From assembly GCA_021780615.1 (NCBI GenBank), contig JAJXYJ010000018.1:1-29490 (forward strand): a stretch of 29,490 nucleotides of DNA. The letters are read 5' to 3'. Numbering within the stretch: the stretch's first letter is position 1; each line of letters starts with the position of its first letter. A model generated the notes under the pieces. It worked only from the letters and a program-made list of their open reading frames with translations. It did no database searches and was not told the origin of the DNA. Shown here piece by piece: positions 8,826-18,265 of the stretch. A program made the translations under genes and the position numbers. Source of the DNA: a bacterium (GTDB lineage Bacteria; Patescibacteriota; Minisyncoccia; UBA6257; JAGOQP01).

Positions 8826-8900
8826 AATAACCGAGGCGCTCTACCAGGCCGCCTGTCCCGTTTCCGCTTTGAGCGGATAGGGGGAAGCTAAGCGTCCAAG
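8826..8900 (-). pseudogene. Degenerate partial copy of the tRNA-Val 5' half (tRNA fragment or pseudo-tRNA)
   Basis: The reverse complement starts GGACGCTTAGC…, identical to the tRNA-Val 5' end, and later has CTGGTAGAGCGCCTCGG (compare CTGGTTAGAGCGCTTCG). A ~38-nt insertion is present and no anticodon or T-arm can be formed. Confidence 0.45.
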
Positions 8901-8950
8901 TACCGGCTTGTTATAGCAAAAATAAAGGTGTTGAGCAAGTTGTGTAAAAT

Positions 8951-9568
8951 TTATTTTTGCTGATCTTCGGGGACGCTGGTTCCGTTGAAGGAGTAAAATA
9001 CTTTGGTAATAATTTTTTTAATATAGAGTTGGAAAAGGATAATAAGAACAATAACGCCTGCGATGAAGATGCCCACACGCTCAAGTCCATATCGAAAAAG
9101 TTGTGTTTGGTCGGCAAAAACATATCCAATGGAAAGATATAAGAGCGGCCAGGCGATAGCGGCAATAAGAGAGTATCGCATGAGCCGTTGTAAACTGACT
9201 TTAATATAACCAATGGAAACAAGAATAACGCGGTTAAAATTCCATGCGAATTTTGAAAAAACAATAAAGATGCCGGCAAAACGTTCCATACGTTTCATGG
9301 TTGCGGATATTTTTTCAAGATTAAAACCAAGGTATCTTTTTTTCTGTAGTTGTCCGAGGCGATTGCCAATTTTCCAAAAAAGAACGTCATGAATGAGTGT
9401 GGCAATAAATGCCACAATGAATACTTCGTAGAAGTGTATATTTTTTTCTCTACTAATGAGCGCGCCAGTAAAGAGGAGTGTGAGATCTCCTTCGATAAAC
9501 ATGGCGATAAAAAAAGCTCCGTAAAAGAGTATGGGGTAATAGTGGTGGAACCAGGTGAGCCATTCCAT
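8951..9568 (-). CDS. DedA/SNARE-associated (TVP38/TMEM64) family membrane protein
   Basis: 205 aa polytopic membrane protein with DedA-like core (…FFIAMFIEGDLTLLFTGAL…, …FSKFAWNFNRVILVSIGY…). Confidence 0.65.
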   Translation of the reverse strand: MEWLTWFHHYYPILFYGAFFIAMFIEGDLTLLFTGALISREKNIHFYEVFIVAFIATLIHDVLFWKIGNRLGQLQKKRYLGFNLEKISATMKRMERFAGIFIVFSKFAWNFNRVILVSIGYIKVSLQRLMRYSLIAAIAWPLLYLSIGYVFADQTQLFRYGLERVGIFIAGVIVLIILFQLYIKKIITKVFYSFNGTSVPEDQQK

Positions 9569-9736
9569 ATCTACGTAGCATAACTGAAGAGGCGCTGATT
9601 TTCAATTTCTCATGGTTGAAAACATATGATAAAAAGTATAGAGTAAATCCGGAAAACAGTACTTGCGCCTATATCTGCCTCATCGGCAGATAGGGCTCAG
9701 TTTCTGTGGAATAACATTTGTTAGCATAGTGTATAT

Positions 9737-9809
9737 GCGCCCATAGCTCAGCTGGTAGAGCAACCGTCTTATACACGGTCGGCCCTAGGTTCGAATCCTA
9801 GTGGGCGCA
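9737..9809 (+). tRNA. tRNA-Ile with anticodon UAU (reads AUA)
   Basis: GCGCCCATAGCTCAGCTGGTAGAGCAACCGTCTTATACACGGTCGGCCCTAGGTTCGAATCCTAGTGGGCGCA. Anticodon stem ACCGT/ACGGT with loop C-U-UAU-A-C. Ile identity elements are present: discriminator A73, C4-G69, U12-A23, C29-G41. Followed by a terminator. Confidence 0.75.
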
Positions 9810-9815
9810 CATAAC

Positions 9816-9842
9816 AAAAAAACACCCTGCGGTGTTTTTTGT
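9816..9842 (+). terminator. Intrinsic terminator after tRNA-Ile (AAAAAACACC-CTGC-GGTGTTTTTTT)
   Basis: Hairpin plus T-tract immediately 3' of the tRNA. Confidence 0.7.
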
Positions 9843-9997
9843 TATGTGGTGTCCCAGGGATTCGAAGCAGAGGGGGTCGGGGAACAGCGGTTCCCCGTGT
9901 CGGAAAAAGCCCCGAGCTTGTCGAAGGGCGTCAAAAAACCGAGGGTTTTTTGGGAGGAACGAAGTGACGACGTGAGACTCCTAGTGGGCGCACATAA

Positions 9998-10024
9998 TAA
10001 AAAACACCTTGCGGTGTTTTTTAT
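9998..10024. terminator. Second copy of the same hairpin/T-tract, positioned as the terminator of the convergent ftsH (minus strand)
   Basis: AAAAAACACCTTGCGGTGTTTTTTATT lies just downstream of the ftsH stop (10042) and is A-rich on the minus-strand 3' side. Confidence 0.55.
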
Positions 10025-10041
10025 TTAACTTAAGCGTGTTT

Positions 10042-11889
10042 TTATACGATCGCCTGAGGAATGATTTTAAACTTTTCAATCAATGCATCAAAACTTTCTT
10101 TTTCTATAGTTTCTTTCTCCATAAGTTCGTGGGCAATGGCATCAAGTGCCTTGCGATTTTTTGTGAGAACACTTTTAGCAAGAGCGTACGCTTTTTGAAT
10201 AATGCCTTCGACTTCTTTATCTATTTCTGCGGCAACCACATCGGAATAGTTTCTTTCATTTGAAATCTCCTTTCCTAAAAAGATGAGCTCTTGCGTTTTA
10301 CCGAAGGTGATAGGGCCAAACTTGCTCATACCATATTTTGTCACCATGCGGCGAGCGATTTCGGAAGCGACCGAAAGATCGTTTGAGGCACCGGTACTTA
10401 AATCTTTAAACACCATTTCCTCGGTGGTGTATCCGCCAAAGGTAACAGCAAGGTCGGCGAGAAATTGTTTGCGGGTGCGCAAGTAACGGTCTTCGGCGGG
10501 AAGTTTGAGGGTATAACCGCCAGCTTGTCCGCGAGCAATGATGGATACTTTGTGCACCGGATCGGCATCTTCCAAGCTTGCCGCAATGAGTGCATGACCT
10601 GCTTCGTGATATGCGGTTATTTCTTTTTCTTTTTGATTAAGTACGCGTGACCGTCGTTCAGGACCCAGGAGTACTTTTTCTATGGATTGATATAAATCTT
10701 CTTGGTCAATAATTTTCTTTCCCTTGGTGGCGGCTAATATTGCCGCTTCATTCATAAGATTGGCAAGATCAGCACCAGAAAATCCTGGGGTGCGAACGGC
10801 AATCGGTCGGAGGTCGACGGTTTTTTCAAGTACTTTGTTACGGCTATGGATTTTTAAAATAGCTTCGCGATCATTAATGTCAGGAAGATCCATGACAACA
10901 CGCCGATCAAATCGTCCAGGGCGCAAGAGCGCTGGATCAAGAATATCGGGACGGTTTGTGGCGGCAAGCACAATGACCTGCGCTTCTTTTTCAAAACCAT
11001 CCATTTCAACCAAGATTTGATTGAGTGTTTGTTCGCGTTCGTCGTGACCACCTCCTAATCCCGCCCCACGTTCGCGGCCAATAGCGTCTATTTCATCAAT
11101 GAAGAGGATGGCAGGGGCGGCTTTTTTTGCGGTCATGAACGCATCACGAGTACGCGAGGCACCAACGCCGACAAACATTTCAACAAACTCTGATGCGGAA
11201 ATGTGGAAGAAGGGGACTTGTGCTTCACCGGCAACCGCGCGTGCCAAGAGTGTTTTTCCCGTGCCCGGTTGTCCGAGCAGGAGTACGCCGCGAGGAATCT
11301 GCGCTCCGACATCAAGATATTTTTTAGGATTTCGTAAAAAATCAACCACCTCCATTAATTCTTGCTTTGCTTCAGAAAGACCAGCGACGTCGGCAAAGGT
11401 GATGCGATCTTTGAATGGGGTAAAGAGTTTTACGTTTGATTTGCCAAAATTGAATGCCGCCGAGGCGCCTGAACGGGCTTGGCGGAGAGTAAACCAAAAG
11501 AAGAGGCCGATGATAATAAGTGGAATGAGTGTGGGAAATAAAATACCCGCCCAAAACTGAAAACCGGAATTATCCTGTATTTCCAGAGGAATTTTTATGA
11601 GCTTTGTTTGATCGACATTGTAATTGTGGAGCGTATCAGAAAGACTTGCGTCTGATTCTTTTTGAGTAGTTCCCAAAGAGTTATCGGTAAAAGTGACGTG
11701 AATAGTATCACCCTGTACAACGATACGTTGGACCGTGCCCGCATTAATATCGGCGGCAAGTTCATTGAGGGTGATATTTTTTTCCTGCGGGGCAGGAGAG
11801 TAGAACGAGCTAAAAAGCACGATAATACCCGCGAATGCCAGAAGGATGATGAGTAAATTTTTAATTGACGTGCGAATCATTTTTTTCAT
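10042..11889 (-). CDS. ftsH: ATP-dependent zinc metalloprotease FtsH
   Basis: N-terminal TM. Walker [22 protein letters not shown]+ SRH region. Zn-binding HEAGHAL. Likely start at MKKMIRT (~11889), preceded by a TATAAT-like element; the tool ORF is extended upstream. Confidence 0.95.
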   Translation of the reverse strand: MKKMIRTSIKNLLIILLAFAGIIVLFSSFYSPAPQEKNITLNELAADINAGTVQRIVVQGDTIHVTFTDNSLGTTQKESDASLSDTLHNYNVDQTKLIKIPLEIQDNSGFQFWAGILFPTLIPLIIIGLFFWFTLRQARSGASAAFNFGKSNVKLFTPFKDRITFADVAGLSEAKQELMEVVDFLRNPKKYLDVGAQIPRGVLLLGQPGTGKTLLARAVAGEAQVPFFHISASEFVEMFVGVGASRTRDAFMTAKKAAPAILFIDEIDAIGRERGAGLGGGHDEREQTLNQILVEMDGFEKEAQVIVLAATNRPDILDPALLRPGRFDRRVVMDLPDINDREAILKIHSRNKVLEKTVDLRPIAVRTPGFSGADLANLMNEAAILAATKGKKIIDQEDLYQSIEKVLLGPERRSRVLNQKEKEITAYHEAGHALIAASLEDADPVHKVSIIARGQAGGYTLKLPAEDRYLRTRKQFLADLAVTFGGYTTEEMVFKDLSTGASNDLSVASEIARRMVTKYGMSKFGPITFGKTQELIFLGKEISNERNYSDVVAAEIDKEVEGIIQKAYALAKSVLTKNRKALDAIAHELMEKETIEKESFDALIEKFKIIPQAIV

Positions 11890-11964
11890 ACGAATGTTAT
11901 TATAGTACAAAACGGGAGTAATTTACATAATAAAAAGAAAGAAAGCAACAACAATAAACGACAA

Positions 11965-11998
11965 ACAAAAAACAGTCTAGAATCAAAGACTGTTTTTT
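11965..11998 (-). terminator. Intrinsic terminator downstream of rpsA (AAAAAACAGTCT-AGAATCAA-AGACTGTTTTTTG)
   Basis: Perfect 8-bp GC-containing stem flanked by A and T tracts, between the rpsA stop (12025) and the ftsH start. Confidence 0.7.
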
Positions 11999-12024
11999 GT
12001 TTGTTTATGATAGATGTCAGTGTA

Positions 12025-13125
12025 TTATTTTTTGAGTTTCAAGATGATTCTTTTTTCTGTCGGCTTGAGCGTGGTTATGTTAAACGTAAGAACCTTGCCG
12101 ATTTCAAGTTCTTTTTTCATGGCATCCGGACTCTCAAATTCGGAAATATGAATAAGGCCTTGCAGGTCATGTCCAAGGGCAATGAGTGTGCCAAATGGAT
12201 TAAATTTCATTACTACTCCTTCCACATCTTGATTGACCTGGAAGTATTTTTCGGCGTCATCCCATGGATTTACCTTAAGTGCCTTAAAGGAAAGGGACAC
12301 CTTGCCGTCTTTAATCTCAATAATTTTTGCGCGCAATACATCGTTTACTTTCACCACTTCTTTGGGAGAATCAATGAGTTTGTGGTCGATTTCTGAGATA
12401 TGGACCAAGCCTTCAATGTTTGGATCTTCAACGAGGCGGACAAACACGCCGAAATCGGCAATGCCTGATACCACCACATCAACAACAGATCCTTCCTTAT
12501 AGTTTTCAAGGCTCTTACGAACACTTTCTCCGGTTACTTCTTTTTCCGATAAGATGAGTTTCTCATTTTTAGGATTAAAGTCTAGTACCCGCACCGAAAG
12601 TGATTGTCCAACAAACTTCTTGAGTTCTTCAAGAATCTTATTTTTATTGCCATCTTCTACGTGGGGGTAGTTCTCGGTGCTGAGTTGAGAGACGGGAATA
12701 AATGCACGAACGCCATTAATCTCAGTCATGAGTCCACCACTGTTAGCGGCGCTAATTTTTACCGGGAAGGTTTCTCCCGCATCTTTAAGGCGTTTGATGT
12801 CCTGCCAGTTCTGTTGACGCATTGCTCGAACCAAGGATAGTTCGGTGTACCCTTCATCATTTTCTGCGCAGACAATGGTGGCGGTAATAGTGTCGCCAGG
12901 TTTGAGACTTTTTATGATGTTTTGTGCATTGGCAAACTCAGATCCATACACAATGCCGCTTCCTTTTCCTTCCACGTCAAAGTAGGCAATACGTCCTTCG
13001 CGAGCAAGAAGAGTTGCTTCCATGGTATCACCATCTTTTATGGGAACGGTGAGTTGAGGGTTGCTTCTCAAAATTCGCGCCAAGGGGTGTATTTTTTTTG
13101 ATTCATCAATTATGTTTTGAGACAT
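12025..13125 (-). CDS. rpsA: 30S ribosomal protein S1 (short form with 4 S1 domains)
   Basis: 366 aa with repeated S1/OB-fold domains (…GDTMEATLLAREGRIAYFDVEGKGSGIVYG…, …GSVVDVVVSGIADFGVFVRL…, …GLIHISEF…). Confidence 0.85.
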   Translation of the reverse strand: MSQNIIDESKKIHPLARILRSNPQLTVPIKDGDTMEATLLAREGRIAYFDVEGKGSGIVYGSEFANAQNIIKSLKPGDTITATIVCAENDEGYTELSLVRAMRQQNWQDIKRLKDAGETFPVKISAANSGGLMTEINGVRAFIPVSQLSTENYPHVEDGNKNKILEELKKFVGQSLSVRVLDFNPKNEKLILSEKEVTGESVRKSLENYKEGSVVDVVVSGIADFGVFVRLVEDPNIEGLVHISEIDHKLIDSPKEVVKVNDVLRAKIIEIKDGKVSLSFKALKVNPWDDAEKYFQVNQDVEGVVMKFNPFGTLIALGHDLQGLIHISEFESPDAMKKELEIGKVLTFNITTLKPTEKRIILKLKK

Positions 13126-13337
13126 ATGCTTGTTTGCTTGTTCTGTCTAGATCGTATGCGCGGTTCTACCGTCGCGCCTGCAGGGTACCAGAAACAACGT
13201 TGCAAATCAAGGGAAGATATGAGAAAATGAGGCATACAAAGAAAAAATGGCGCAATGTAAAGCATTCATAAACGGCTCATTGCGATGTTGGAGATGGTGT
13301 GGCATAACTTTTAATTTTAGATTTTTAATGTACTGAT

Positions 13338-13958
13338 ATGATTATTTCATGGTATGGAGAGGGGTGTTTTAAAATTCAACATGGCGAACGGGTACTGTTA
13401 GTAGACCCACCTGAAAAGTCATCTGGCTTGACTACTCCTCGTATGCAAACCGATGTGATTATTCGGACGCTGGTGCCGTGGCCCTTTGAAGACAATGAGG
13501 CTCGCGATGGAGAAATGGTGTATGGCGCCGGAGAGTATGATATTCAAGGTATTGTTATCAAGGGGTTTGCTTTAAATGATGAATCAGGAGAACAATTTAT
13601 AAAAACGGCATATGTCATTACGGTAGATGATGTTCGTATTGGCATAGCGGGGCATGTGAGTCAGACCCTTCCACCGGCGGCCGCGGAAAGTTTTGAGGAA
13701 TTGGATGTACTCATTGCTCCAGCAGGAGGAGAGCCATTTATGAGTCAAGAGGCAGTTGTGCGTATGGTAAAACAATTAAATCCCAAAGTATTCATCCCGT
13801 CCTTCTATAAAATTCCGGGCCTGAAACGATCCGCAAAGGATATTAAGCCAGTACTGGAAGAATTTAACGGAGAAGCATCATCGCAGGATAAATTTGTGTT
13901 TAAAAAGAAAGATATCGCCGACATAAAAAAGACCACGTGTGTATGTTTGCACGTATAA
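13338..13958 (+). CDS. MBL-fold (metallo-beta-lactamase-like) hydrolase family protein, apparently without the canonical HxHxDH metal site
   Basis: The N-terminus MIISWYGEGCFKIQHGERVLLVDPP resembles MBL-fold hydrolases (M.ITWLGH..F.I…ILIDP). The C-terminal segment …DVLIAPAGGEPFMSQEAVVRMVKQLNPKVFIPSFYK is also MBL-like. Very few His residues, so it may be a non-catalytic or divergent member. Confidence 0.4.
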   Translation: MIISWYGEGCFKIQHGERVLLVDPPEKSSGLTTPRMQTDVIIRTLVPWPFEDNEARDGEMVYGAGEYDIQGIVIKGFALNDESGEQFIKTAYVITVDDVRIGIAGHVSQTLPPAAAESFEELDVLIAPAGGEPFMSQEAVVRMVKQLNPKVFIPSFYKIPGLKRSAKDIKPVLEEFNGEASSQDKFVFKKKDIADIKKTTCVCLHV

Positions 13959-14320
13959 AAGAAGGCATTCAATCAATCCAATCTGGCAGCCCAAAGACTC
14001 AGCGCATGTGGCTGTGGGTGGTGTCGTTGGCACTATTTGTGATTGTGGTTCTTGCATGGCTCCTCTTTTTTCATTATCCTGTGGACACAACCGGATCGTT
14101 AACAGCATCGAGTACAAATCCATTTTCTGAGTTATTAAAACATGTGGATAGCCAATTTCATGCAATGACGGATGCAGTAAATCAAGGGATGAATGTCATC
14201 CAGGGAGTAGCTTCATCGTCGGTAATATTGTATGCTAGCTCAACAACACCTGAGGGAAGTACGACGCCGACACTGAGTAGTCCCTCTCTGGAATCAGTTA
14301 CATCATCAACAACGCACTAA
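13943..14320 (+). CDS. Hypothetical small membrane protein with a Ser/Thr-rich C-terminal tail
   Basis: One TM helix (WLWVVSLALFVIVVLAWLLFF) followed by a low-complexity S/T-rich region. It lies immediately upstream of gyrA and overlaps the MBL gene end. Coding status is uncertain. Confidence 0.3.
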   Translation: MFARIKEGIQSIQSGSPKTQRMWLWVVSLALFVIVVLAWLLFFHYPVDTTGSLTASSTNPFSELLKHVDSQFHAMTDAVNQGMNVIQGVASSSVILYASSTTPEGSTTPTLSSPSLESVTSSTTH

Positions 14321-14335
14321 CACACCGTATTTGGT

Positions 14336-16843
14336 ATGAAGGAAAAAAAACAGCAAACGCCATCGCCACAAGAAGATTCAACACAAGCAGTGACATCGGA
14401 AAATCAACATATTACCGATACAGAAATTACCGCTGAGCTTGAAAAATCGTATATCGACTATGCCATGTCGGTTATTGTGGCGCGCGCACTTCCTGATGTG
14501 CGTGATGGATTAAAGCCGGTGCATCGGAGAATTTTATGGGCAATGTGGGATAGCGGACTCACGCACAGTGCGAAATATCGCAAATCAGCAAACGTTGTTG
14601 GTGAGGTGTTGGGAAGATACCATCCGCACGGCGATTCATCGGTATATGACGCCATGGTGCGCATGGCACAAAGCTTTTCATTGCGCTACCCCCTCATTGA
14701 AGGTCAGGGAAACTGGGGATCGGTTGATGGTGATAACGCGGCGGCAATGCGGTACACAGAGTGTAAACTTTCAAAAATAGCCGAAGAGATGCTGACCGAC
14801 ATTGAAAAGGAGACTGTTGATTTTATTCCTAACTATGATGGCACGCGTCTTGAGCCACTCGTACTGCCCTCAAAAATTCCACAACTGTTATTAAATGGAA
14901 CGGTTGGTATTGCGGTGGGTATGGCAACTGACATTCCTCCCCACAACCTTGGGGAAGTGACGAGCGCTATTCAATATCTTATTCAAAAACCATCGGCGAC
15001 TGTTGCTGATCTTATGGGATTTATTAAGGGGCCTGACTTTCCAACGGGGGGGATTATTTATGATCAAAAAAATATCGTTGAAACGTATAGCACGGGACAA
15101 GGATCCATTACGTGTCGCGCGCGCGCAGAGATTGTTGAGCGCAAGGCGGGACAATTTAATATTGTTATTTCAGAAATTCCCTATCGTGTAAACAAGTCAG
15201 ATCTTATACAAAAAATCGCTCTCTTAGTGGGAGAGAAAAAACTGGAAGGAATAAAAGATTTGCGTGACGAAAGCGATAAAGACGGACTCTCTATTGTTGT
15301 GGAATTGAAAAATGACGCCGCACCGCAAAAGATTTTAAACCAACTCTTTAAACTGACAGAACTTCAAAAGGACTTTCATTTAAACATGATCGGACTCGTG
15401 GGCGGACTTCAGCCGCAGCTGCTTTCTATTAAGGATGTGTTGGAGCAGTATGTGGCGCATCGCAAGCAAGTGGTCCGCCGGCGCACTGAATTTGATTTAG
15501 CACGTGCCAAAGAGCGGGCGCATATTCTTGAGGGTTTTGTGAAAGCATTGGATGTTATTGATGCAGTGATTGCGACCATTAAAAAATCAAAAGACAAAGA
15601 CGACGCGCATACAAACTTGATGAAGAAGTTTGATTTTAGTGATGTGCAGGCAACCGCTATTTTGGAAATGCGCCTACAAACACTCGCATCCCTTGAGCGG
15701 CAAAAAATTGAAGATGAATTAGCCGAAAAGAGACAGCTCATCAAAGATTTGGAATTTATCTTGTCAGCAGATAAAAATATTTTGCATGTGGTAGAAGAAG
15801 AGCTGGCGGAGATGAAAGAAAAATATGGCGATGATCGTCGTACGGGCGTTGTGGGTACGGGATTAACCGAATTCAAAGACGAAGATTTGATTGCTGATGA
15901 GGATGTCATTATCACTCTTTCTTCGAGTGGCTACATTAAGCGATTAAACCCCAATATTTATAAAGTGCAGCACCGCGGCGGCAAAGGACTCATTGGCTCT
16001 GATGTGAATGATGATGATTTTTTGACGCATTTGGTGTCGGCGCGGACACACGATAACATTCTCTTTTTCACCGATTCAGGAAAAGTTTTTCAAACAAAGG
16101 TGTATGAAATTCCCCAAGGTTCGCGCACTGCAAAAGGAAAAATTATACATAATTTTCTCGACATTCCTTCAACAGAAACGGTAAAAGCGTTTGTGACCTA
16201 TAACGCCAAAACATCGGATGCAAAGTTTTTGGTTATGGCAACGGCACAGGGGGTTGTCAAAAAAACTCCGCTTGAAGATTTTGCCAATGTGCGGCGCAAC
16301 GGGATTATTGCTCTGAAATTAAAGCCAGGTGATGCCCTTAAGTGGGTCATGTCTTCGTCAGGCAAAGACGATGTGTTGTTTGCCACGGCGCTGGGGCAAG
16401 CGATTCGATTCAAAGAATCACAGCTACGTCCCATGGGCAGAGCGGCTGCGGGGGTGCGGGGTATGCGCCTAAAGAAAAATGATTACCTCATTGGCATTGA
16501 TATGGTGCGCAAGGGTGGCAGTGAGGAGTCGCGCATGAATGAAAAACATAAACTATTAGTCATGACGCAAAAAGGATTTGCCAAGCAGACACTGTTGGCA
16601 GAATACAAGATACAGTCGCGCGGGGGACAAGGTATCCGAACCGCAAAAATAAATGATAAAACAGGACCGTTGGTGGCGTGTAAAATTTTAACCAATGAAG
16701 AAGAAGCGCTTGTGTTGTCAGCAAAGGGGCAAGTCATTAAAACAAAACTGACCGACATTCGCGAAAGTTCTCGATCCACAAGCGGGGTACGAGTTATGCG
16801 TCTTAACGACAAGGACGCCATCGTCGCGGTTACCTGTTCATAA
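14336..16843 (+). CDS. gyrA: DNA gyrase subunit A
   Basis: [28 protein letters not shown]…; YHPHGD(S)[11 protein letters not shown] in the QRDR region (active-site Tyr further downstream); about 835 aa with a C-terminal beta-pinwheel region. No gyrB is adjacent. Confidence 0.95.
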   Translation: MKEKKQQTPSPQEDSTQAVTSENQHITDTEITAELEKSYIDYAMSVIVARALPDVRDGLKPVHRRILWAMWDSGLTHSAKYRKSANVVGEVLGRYHPHGDSSVYDAMVRMAQSFSLRYPLIEGQGNWGSVDGDNAAAMRYTECKLSKIAEEMLTDIEKETVDFIPNYDGTRLEPLVLPSKIPQLLLNGTVGIAVGMATDIPPHNLGEVTSAIQYLIQKPSATVADLMGFIKGPDFPTGGIIYDQKNIVETYSTGQGSITCRARAEIVERKAGQFNIVISEIPYRVNKSDLIQKIALLVGEKKLEGIKDLRDESDKDGLSIVVELKNDAAPQKILNQLFKLTELQKDFHLNMIGLVGGLQPQLLSIKDVLEQYVAHRKQVVRRRTEFDLARAKERAHILEGFVKALDVIDAVIATIKKSKDKDDAHTNLMKKFDFSDVQATAILEMRLQTLASLERQKIEDELAEKRQLIKDLEFILSADKNILHVVEEELAEMKEKYGDDRRTGVVGTGLTEFKDEDLIADEDVIITLSSSGYIKRLNPNIYKVQHRGGKGLIGSDVNDDDFLTHLVSARTHDNILFFTDSGKVFQTKVYEIPQGSRTAKGKIIHNFLDIPSTETVKAFVTYNAKTSDAKFLVMATAQGVVKKTPLEDFANVRRNGIIALKLKPGDALKWVMSSSGKDDVLFATALGQAIRFKESQLRPMGRAAAGVRGMRLKKNDYLIGIDMVRKGGSEESRMNEKHKLLVMTQKGFAKQTLLAEYKIQSRGGQGIRTAKINDKTGPLVACKILTNEEEALVLSAKGQVIKTKLTDIRESSRSTSGVRVMRLNDKDAIVAVTCS

Positions 16844-16871
16844 TCATCCATTGCTTGTGCAGTAAAAATTG

Positions 16872-16904
16872 AACGTGTATACTTCGTGTATACACGTTTT
16901 ATTT
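16872..16904 (+). terminator. Intrinsic terminator after gyrA (AACGTGTATAC-TTCGT-GTATACACGTT plus TTTTATTTATT)
   Basis: 11-bp perfect stem with a T-rich tail. It lies inside the tool's extended ORF for the next gene, so the SBP most likely starts at the ATG at 16910. Confidence 0.65.
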
Positions 16905-16909
16905 ATTGT

Positions 16910-18241
16910 ATGAATTTTCAAGGACTTTCTCGACAGCAAATGATTGTGCTCGGTATTGCCGGAGCGCTTGTGCTGATTCTGGTGCTGGGAATCATGGGGA
17001 TTCTTCCTCTCTTTAAGAGTACCACCACGGATCCAAACTTTCCTTCCGGGCCAGTTATATTGACTATGTGGGGGGTTGATAATCAAGCCGATTTTGCCGA
17101 TGTGTTTACTGCCTACCAAGCGCTCCCACAGGCAAAAAATGTTAAAATCCTTTACACGCAATTTAATTCAGTAAGCCAATATGAACAGGCGTTAGTTAAT
17201 GCTCTCGCGGAAGGGAAGGGACCTGATATTTTTATGGTTAAAAATACGTGGGCATATAAAGATGCCGCCAAGGGAGCTCCCGCTCCAACGACATTAGTAA
17301 CGCCGCTTATGGTGCAACAAAATTTCCCCGCGGTTGTTGGGCAGGATTTTTTGTTGCAAGCATCAAATGGGCAACAGTATGCATTTGCTCTACCTCTCTA
17401 TATGGATGCGCTCGGGTTGATATATAACAAAGATATCTTTAATACGCGGGGTATCGTATATCCACCACAGACGTGGGATCAGGTGCTTGCGGATGTGCAA
17501 CAGACTCGCGTGCAAGACGCATCTAAAAATATTACTCAAGCAGGCATTGCATTGGGAAGCGCAGTTAATATTACGAACGTGAGTGATATTCTTTCGGCAC
17601 TCATATTGCAACAAGGATCTTCTATCTATACGGCGGCTCAAGGAGGGGTGTCATTGCAAACCGCCGCGCAGCAAGCTGTTTCATTCTTTTTACAATTTGC
17701 TAATCCAACGAATCCATACTACACATGGAATGATGGTATGCCGGATGCGCGTACGGCATTTGCAAATGGTACGGTAGCAATGATACTTGATACACACGAC
17801 GCACTGGCGACCATGGCAGAAAAAAATCCCTTCATGCATGCTGCTATCGCTCCTTTGCCGCAACTGGCATCCGCGAATGCCGCCACCACAAAAAACTATG
17901 CAAGCTATTGGGGGTTAGCTGTGTCTCGACAATCACAAAATCAATACGTGGCATGGCATTTTATACGATTCGCAACAATGACGCCGTCGGTTGATACGCT
18001 GTACCTACAAAAAGCAAACAGATTTCCCGCGCTCCTTTCTTTGATACAAGCGCAGGAAAGTGGTCCTGACGAAGCGTTTATTAAAAGCTTTTTAACGGCA
18101 ACGTCGTGGAAGCAAGCGGATGATGAAAAAATCAGTGCTATATTTAATCAGATGATTGAAGATGTGACGAGTGGAAAAGCGGTGTTGGGAAAAGCGTTGC
18201 AAGCGGCAGAAGCAGATATAAACGCTCTCTATACCCATTAA
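16910..18241 (+). CDS. Extracellular solute-binding protein (ABC-transporter SBP family 1-like), N-terminally TM-anchored
   Basis: N-terminal signal anchor (MIVLGIAGALVLILVLGIMGIL), then an SBP_bac_1-like domain (…VILTMWGVDNQ…, …EGKGPDIFMVKNTWAYK…). No permease or ATPase genes are adjacent. Only 24 nt separate its stop from the first pilin-like gene. Confidence 0.6.
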   Translation: MNFQGLSRQQMIVLGIAGALVLILVLGIMGILPLFKSTTTDPNFPSGPVILTMWGVDNQADFADVFTAYQALPQAKNVKILYTQFNSVSQYEQALVNALAEGKGPDIFMVKNTWAYKDAAKGAPAPTTLVTPLMVQQNFPAVVGQDFLLQASNGQQYAFALPLYMDALGLIYNKDIFNTRGIVYPPQTWDQVLADVQQTRVQDASKNITQAGIALGSAVNITNVSDILSALILQQGSSIYTAAQGGVSLQTAAQQAVSFFLQFANPTNPYYTWNDGMPDARTAFANGTVAMILDTHDALATMAEKNPFMHAAIAPLPQLASANAATTKNYASYWGLAVSRQSQNQYVAWHFIRFATMTPSVDTLYLQKANRFPALLSLIQAQESGPDEAFIKSFLTATSWKQADDEKISAIFNQMIEDVTSGKAVLGKALQAAEADINALYTH

Positions 18242-18265
18242 CATAACTAATGTAGTATCTGTACT

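Larger units (their letters stand above)
9797..10028. repeat. About 45-bp direct repeat of the tRNA-Ile 3' end plus its terminator, flanking a GC-rich insert of about 135 bp
   Basis: CCTAGTGGGCGCACATAA plus A-tract/CACC(C/T)TGCGGTG/T-tract occurs at ~9797-9846 and again at ~9980-10028. The intervening ~9847-9979 is clearly more GC-rich than the surroundings and contains hairpins (GGGGAACAGCGGTTCCCC; AAAAAACCGAGGGTTTTTT). Confidence 0.6.

Noticed and set aside
8826-8900. Possible second, intron-containing tRNA-Val next to the intact one
   Set aside because: Only the first ~11 nt and a D-arm-like stretch match. No anticodon stem-loop or T-arm can be formed after removing any plausible insertion. 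It is called a degenerate fragment instead.
9847-9979. GC-rich insert interpreted as a tRNA-like or tmRNA-like gene (contains GGGATTCGAA resembling a T-loop)
   Set aside because: No acceptor stem partner and no complete cloverleaf. It is too short for tmRNA or RNase P RNA. Retained as 'unknown structured insert' only.
10724-11560. Several 98-153 aa ORFs on the + strand inside ftsH (10724-11020, 11099-11560 and others). Similar antisense ORFs lie inside gyrA (15409-15915), hppA (23596-23934, 24049-24504), pnp (27303-27923, 27560-28027) and the SPFH gene (21015-21560).
   Set aside because: All lie entirely antisense to, or out of frame within, strongly supported conserved genes. They have low-complexity, Ser/Ala/Arg-rich composition typical of spurious reading frames.
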